A stretch of DNA of 32,000 nt, from positions 720,001 to 752,000 of the forward strand of contig OY776328.1 in the NCBI GenBank assembly GCA_963675515.1. The letters run 5' to 3'. Source of the stretch: Coprobacillaceae bacterium (GTDB taxonomy: Bacteria > Bacillota_I > Bacilli_A > Erysipelotrichales > Coprobacillaceae). This document shows positions 27,906-32,000 of the stretch, piece after piece (the stretch's first letter is position 1; each line of letters starts with the position of its first letter). Under the pieces are notes generated by a model that searched no databases, was not told the origin of the DNA, and was given only the letters and a program-made list of their open reading frames with translations. The position numbers were made by a program, and so were the translations under genes.

Positions 27906-29381
27906 ATGATTACACATGCAGGAAGCAGTCGCAATTTGACGCTTGTGATGGATTTATATGAGCTTACAATGGCGTACAATTATTTCAAACAGGGTACCAA
28001 GGATCAGTATGTCTATTTCGATATGTATTACCGGACCAATCCCGACAATGGCGGTTATGCCATTTTTGCCGGACTGGCTCAGCTGATTGAAATAATCGAT
28101 GATCTTCACTTCAGTGACTTGGATATCGAGTACTTGGCCAGCCTGGACAAATTCGACGAGGAATTCTTGGCTTATCTGAAGGATTTCAAATTCACCGGAG
28201 ACATCTATTCGGTAAATGAAGGGGAGATTGTTTTTCCCAATGAACCGCTGGTGACAGTCAGGGCCAAATTCATAGAAGCCCAGCTGATCGAGACATTGCT
28301 GCTTGTAACCGTGAACCACCAGTCACTGGTGGCGACAAAGACCAGCCGGATTGTCCACGAAGCCAAAGGGCGTCCGGTCCTGGAATTCGGGGCAAGACGG
28401 GCCCAGGGTTATGACGGGGCGGTTTATGGAGCCCGGGCGGCATTCATCGGTGGAGCCAGTGGCAGCGCCACGGTACTGGCGGGCCAATATTTCAATATTC
28501 CCCTGGTGGGAACGATGGCCCATTCATTTGTCCAGTCATTCGACAGCGAGTACGAGGCTTTCAAAGCCTATGCTTTGACTTATCCCGACAGCTGCGTCCT
28601 GCTTGTGGATACCTATGACACCTTGAAATCAGGTGTCGTCAATGCGATCAGGATTGCCAAGGAAGTGTTGGCGCCAATGGGCAAGAAACTTGGAGGAATC
28701 CGTCTGGATTCGGGCGACCTTGCTTACCTTTCGAAAAAGGCCCGGGCGATGCTAGACAAGGCCGGACTCACTGAAGTCAAGATCACCGCATCCAACGCCC
28801 TCGATGAATACCTGATCAGGTCGCTGCTTGACCAGGGGGCGGCCATTGACTCCTTTGGAGTCGGTGAGAATCTTATCGTATCCAAATCGGCGCCGGTTTT
28901 TGGCGGTGTCTACAAACTGGTCGCTATCGAACGGGACGGCCAGGTCATCCCGAAAATCAAGGTTTCGGAAAACGTGGCGAAAATCACAAACCCCGGTTAC
29001 AAGAGAGTATACCGACTTTTCGACCGCGAAGACAACAAAGCCATTGGTGATGTGATCGCTTTTGGGCACGAAGTCATAGACAGCTCCAAAGACATCACAA
29101 TCTACCATCAGTCAAACTTGTGGAAGTTCAAGCGGATAAAGGCGGGAACATATGACATCCAGGAGCTCCAGGTTCCGATATTTGTCGAAGGGAAAAAAGT
29201 CTACCAGGAAACCGACATTCATTCAATCCAGGCTTACTGCAAGTCGCAAAAGGAAAAGATGTGGCAGGAGATATTCCGGCTTGAATATCCCCACACTTAC
29301 TATGTCGACTTGACCAAGGAGCTGTTGAATCACAAGCTCAAGATGCTTGAAGAAATAAGAGGGGTTCAAAACGATGATTGA
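27906..29381 (+). CDS. pncB: Nicotinate phosphoribosyltransferase
   Basis: About 491 aa. The N-terminus LVMDLYELTMAYNYFKQG and the segments GTMAHSFVQSF and IRLDSGDL are typical of the NAPRTase family. Confidence 0.9.
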   Translation: MITHAGSSRNLTLVMDLYELTMAYNYFKQGTKDQYVYFDMYYRTNPDNGGYAIFAGLAQLIEIIDDLHFSDLDIEYLASLDKFDEEFLAYLKDFKFTGDIYSVNEGEIVFPNEPLVTVRAKFIEAQLIETLLLVTVNHQSLVATKTSRIVHEAKGRPVLEFGARRAQGYDGAVYGARAAFIGGASGSATVLAGQYFNIPLVGTMAHSFVQSFDSEYEAFKAYALTYPDSCVLLVDTYDTLKSGVVNAIRIAKEVLAPMGKKLGGIRLDSGDLAYLSKKARAMLDKAGLTEVKITASNALDEYLIRSLLDQGAAIDSFGVGENLIVSKSAPVFGGVYKLVAIERDGQVIPKIKVSENVAKITNPGYKRVYRLFDREDNKAIGDVIAFGHEVIDSSKDITIYHQSNLWKFKRIKAGTYDIQELQVPIFVEGKKVYQETDIHSIQAYCKSQKEKMWQEIFRLEYPHTYYVDLTKELLNHKLKMLEEIRGVQNDD

Positions 29382-30210
29382 CATTAAAACAATAACGGTG
29401 GTCGGACTTGGCGTGATCGGCGGAAGCTTCGTAAAAGCGCTCAAAGGTCAGGGATACCGGGTCTTTGGGATCGACACTTCGCTCGACACCCTTAAAAAAG
29501 CCAAAGAGGAAGGATGCATCGAAGAGGGGTTTATTGATGGTACCAAGATAATACCTCAAAGTGACCTGACTATCATCTGCCTCTATCCTTCACTGGTGCT
29601 TGACTTCATCAAGAACAACAATTTCAAAAAAGGCAGCATCATCACTGATGCCACCGGAATCAAGGGATATTTCATCGACAAGGCCATCGACCTTGCCGGT
29701 GACCAAGCCATCTTCATCTCCGGCCACCCAATGGCGGGCCGCGAGAAAAAGGGTTTCGAGTACTCTTCCAAAGAAGTGTTCTTGAATGCCAACTACATCC
29801 TGATCGACCACCGCATCGAGGACCGCAACGCCCTTGCATTCATGGAAAAGCTCGTCGGTCGGCTGGGATTCAAATCGATCAAGATAATGTCACCCCAGGA
29901 CCATGACGAGGTGATTGCCTTCACCTCGCAACTGCCCCATGCCATTGCGGTAGGACTGATCAATTCGGACAACCAGAAATTCGATACGGGCAAATATATC
30001 GGCGATTCCTACCGGGATCTTACGCGAATTGCCAATATTAACGAGGATCTTTGGTCGGAGCTTTTTTTGAACAACAAGGAAAACCTTATCAAAGCCATCG
30101 GCCAGTTCGAAGCCCAGCTTGATCTGATCAAGGAGGCTTTGGAAAATGACGACAGCGCCAGACTCAAAGAATATTTCATTGAATCTTCGAAAAGAAGACA
30201 AAAATTATAG
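29374..30210 (+). CDS. tyrA: Prephenate dehydrogenase
   Basis: Rossmann motif VVGLGVIGGS, the ISGHPMAGREKKG catalytic region, and HDEVIAFTSQLPH. It overlaps the pncB stop by 8 nt. Confidence 0.85.
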   Translation: MIDIKTITVVGLGVIGGSFVKALKGQGYRVFGIDTSLDTLKKAKEEGCIEEGFIDGTKIIPQSDLTIICLYPSLVLDFIKNNNFKKGSIITDATGIKGYFIDKAIDLAGDQAIFISGHPMAGREKKGFEYSSKEVFLNANYILIDHRIEDRNALAFMEKLVGRLGFKSIKIMSPQDHDEVIAFTSQLPHAIAVGLINSDNQKFDTGKYIGDSYRDLTRIANINEDLWSELFLNNKENLIKAIGQFEAQLDLIKEALENDDSARLKEYFIESSKRRQKL

Positions 30211-30215
30211 AATAC

Positions 30216-30276
30216 AAAAACAGCCATGCGCCTGATCCTTTCATCGGATTTTGGATTCGCTTGGCTGTTTTTTTTG
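30216..30276. terminator. Bidirectional terminator between the convergent tyrA and pepV genes
   Basis: AAAAACAGCCA...TGGCTGTTTTTTTTT. A 6-bp outer stem (30221-30226 with 30262-30267) is flanked by an A run and a T run, and the interior is partly structured. Confidence 0.55.
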
Positions 30277-30278
30277 AC

Positions 30279-31643
30279 TTAGTCCTTGATTATGTTGTAA
30301 ATGGCCTTGCAGTATATCTCGGTTGCAATCATGAGATGTTCCACTGGAACGTTTTCGTTGTTGCCGTGGATCTTGTAATCGTAACCTTCAAACTCGATTC
30401 CAAAAGCGACGCAGTTTGGCATCGATTTGGCGTAGGTGCCTCCGCCCATGGTCTGTGGGTGGTCATCCTTGCGGGTCACTTCCTGGTAGGCCTGGTGCAG
30501 TTTGGTGATCAGTTCACTTTCAGGGTCGACGTATAGTCCCGGTGTGGTTGTGATCTTGGCTTCCAATAGATGAGAGGCCGTGATTTTTTTGATCTGGTCT
30601 GACATCTTGTTGAAGTCAATCTCATGGCTGGCGCGGATATCCAGGGTCAGGTTGAGTTGTTTGTCCTTGTATCCGACAACTCCCACATTCATGGTAAGAT
30701 CGCCCATCAGGCCGGTATGATTGATTTTAAGACCGATTCCATTGTAATCGCTCATATTGTCAGCTATTAATTTTATCAGGTCGTTGTCGATCTCATTTAC
30801 AAGATACAACGCAAGATAACTGATGGCATTTCTGCCTTCGTGGGGCAGGGAGGCATGGGCTGATTTTCCTTTGAGGATCAGGCGGGTATGGTTGCCTTCC
30901 TCTTCGCAGGTCCCATCAAGATGGTTTCTTTCCAGGAAATCATTGAATGATTTGAGATAGTCCTTGTAATTGCCCTCGACTATCGCGATCACTTCCTCGG
31001 GAACGATGTTCGCCCTTTTGCCCGCAAACATCGAAATCAAGCCTTGGTTGGCCACTGTTCCGGTGATGTTGACTGTAGCCATCGCTTTTTCTCCGTAAAC
31101 AACCGGGAAAGAGGCATCGGGCGTGAACCCCATTTCCGGAAACGGCATCTTGGTGAAGTAGTGTTTGACGCATTTGGAACCAAGTTCTTCATTGCATCCG
31201 AAAATCACCCGCATTTTCATCTTGGTGTCAAGGTTCATCCTGTTTATTATCTTGCAGGCGTAGTACCCAGCCAAAAGTGCGCCCTTGTCATCGACAACTC
31301 CACGACCATAGAGGATCTCGTTGTCCCGTTTCATGACGAATGGGTCGCTGTCCCACCCGATATCGTTAACCGGTACGACATCGAGATGCCCCAGTACGCC
31401 GAACGTTTTTTCACCGGCACCGATGTCGATATGGCCGGCATATCCGTCAACATCGGCGGTATCGAAGCCGTCGCGCTTGCCGATTGCCAGCATCGCATCG
31501 AGTACATCCCGGTTGGCTTTTCCAAACGGCTGATTTTCCTTGGCGGTGCTGTCGTCCTGGACGGACGGGTAGGATACCAATGCCGCCAAATCATTTATCA
31601 AATTTTCTTTTTCTTTTTCAATTTCAGATCTAAAGTCTATCAT
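30279..31643 (-). CDS. pepV: M20-family dipeptidase (PepV/Sapep-like)
   Basis: GHLDVVP, GRGVVDDKG and NEELGS are metal-ligand motifs. The start MIDFRSEIEKEKENL at 31643 is preceded by AGAGGTGA. The ORF-track extension to 31715 runs through the promoter. Confidence 0.85.
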   Translation of the reverse strand: MIDFRSEIEKEKENLINDLAALVSYPSVQDDSTAKENQPFGKANRDVLDAMLAIGKRDGFDTADVDGYAGHIDIGAGEKTFGVLGHLDVVPVNDIGWDSDPFVMKRDNEILYGRGVVDDKGALLAGYYACKIINRMNLDTKMKMRVIFGCNEELGSKCVKHYFTKMPFPEMGFTPDASFPVVYGEKAMATVNITGTVANQGLISMFAGKRANIVPEEVIAIVEGNYKDYLKSFNDFLERNHLDGTCEEEGNHTRLILKGKSAHASLPHEGRNAISYLALYLVNEIDNDLIKLIADNMSDYNGIGLKINHTGLMGDLTMNVGVVGYKDKQLNLTLDIRASHEIDFNKMSDQIKKITASHLLEAKITTTPGLYVDPESELITKLHQAYQEVTRKDDHPQTMGGGTYAKSMPNCVAFGIEFEGYDYKIHGNNENVPVEHLMIATEIYCKAIYNIIKD

Positions 31644-31670
31644 TTTATTCACCTCTTGAAATCTAGTGAC

Positions 31671-31699
31671 ATTATAGCACAAATGTTTTGGGTATGTAA
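31671..31699 (-). promoter_or_regulatory. Candidate sigma-A promoter of pepV
   Basis: On the minus strand: TTACAT, a 17-nt spacer, then TATAAT with an extended TGC (TGCTATAAT). Confidence 0.55.
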
Positions 31700-31791
31700 A
31701 AACAATTGAAAACAAAAAATATGATATTTAGATGGATTTTTTTTGCCTTTTGGACCGCTTTTTTGTTAAAATAAGACAAGGAGGATTTTTT

Positions 31792-32000
31792 ATGAGCTAT
31801 ATCCATATCACCGTTAAAGCAGTAATTATCTATGATAATAAAATCCTTTTGTTGAAAAGAACCCGGCCCTCATCTGACGGGCTTGGAGTCTACGAACTTC
31901 CTGGGGGAGGTTTGGTTGAAGGTGAAAGTTTTGATGAAGCCATCCATCGGGAAGTATTTGAAGAAACCGGGTTGGCTGTGGATATTTTGGAACCGGCATA
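31792..32000 (+). CDS. Nudix hydrolase (3' end cut by window edge)
   Basis: The ATG at 31792 follows AAGGAGG. The Nudix box is GGGLVEGESFDEAIHREVFEETGL. Confidence 0.75.
   Translation, partial: MSYIHITVKAVIIYDNKILLLKRTRPSSDGLGVYELPGGGLVEGESFDEAIHREVFEETGLAVDILEPA

Overview
This window is a core chromosomal segment of a Bacillota (Firmicutes) genome, with almost all genes on the + strand and gene order close to Bacillus subtilis. The order is valS / radC-mreC-mreD / rplU-prp-rpmA / obg / ruvA-ruvB / comEA-comEC-holA / sdaA / hemW-hrcA-grpE-dnaK-dnaJ / rpmB (minus strand) / asp23-like, DAK2 (yloV-like), recG, plsX, rnc / pncB-tyrA / pepV (minus strand) / a Nudix gene cut by the window end. Sporulation genes, mreB, minCD and the fab/acpP genes are missing from their Bacillus positions. 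That fits a non-sporulating, reduced lineage, possibly Erysipelotrichia- or Mollicutes-related, but this is a low-confidence guess. The only clearly accessory DNA is one intact IS200/IS605-family (IS608-like) element at about 6031-7886. It carries a Y1 HUH transposase (TnpA) and a RuvC/zinc-finger TnpB, has matching subterminal hairpins, and has a structured 3' region that fits an omega (right-end) guide RNA. It sits between the rpmA terminator and the obg ribosome-binding site. Other points worth a second look are a 54-codon membrane-protein ORF coupled to radC and absent from the ORF track, a 1-nt frameshift splitting the yloV-like DAK2 gene, a double CIRCE operator around the hrcA promoter, an 18-nt palindrome upstream of pncB, a terminator-like hairpin across the ruvB stop and comEA start, and a marked codon-usage split between ribosomal or chaperone genes and their neighbours. 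I found no CRISPR array, tRNA, rRNA, prophage or recognisable defence island. I cannot support a claim of a new multi-gene system; the TnpB/omega-RNA module is the closest thing to a programmable system, and it belongs to a described class.
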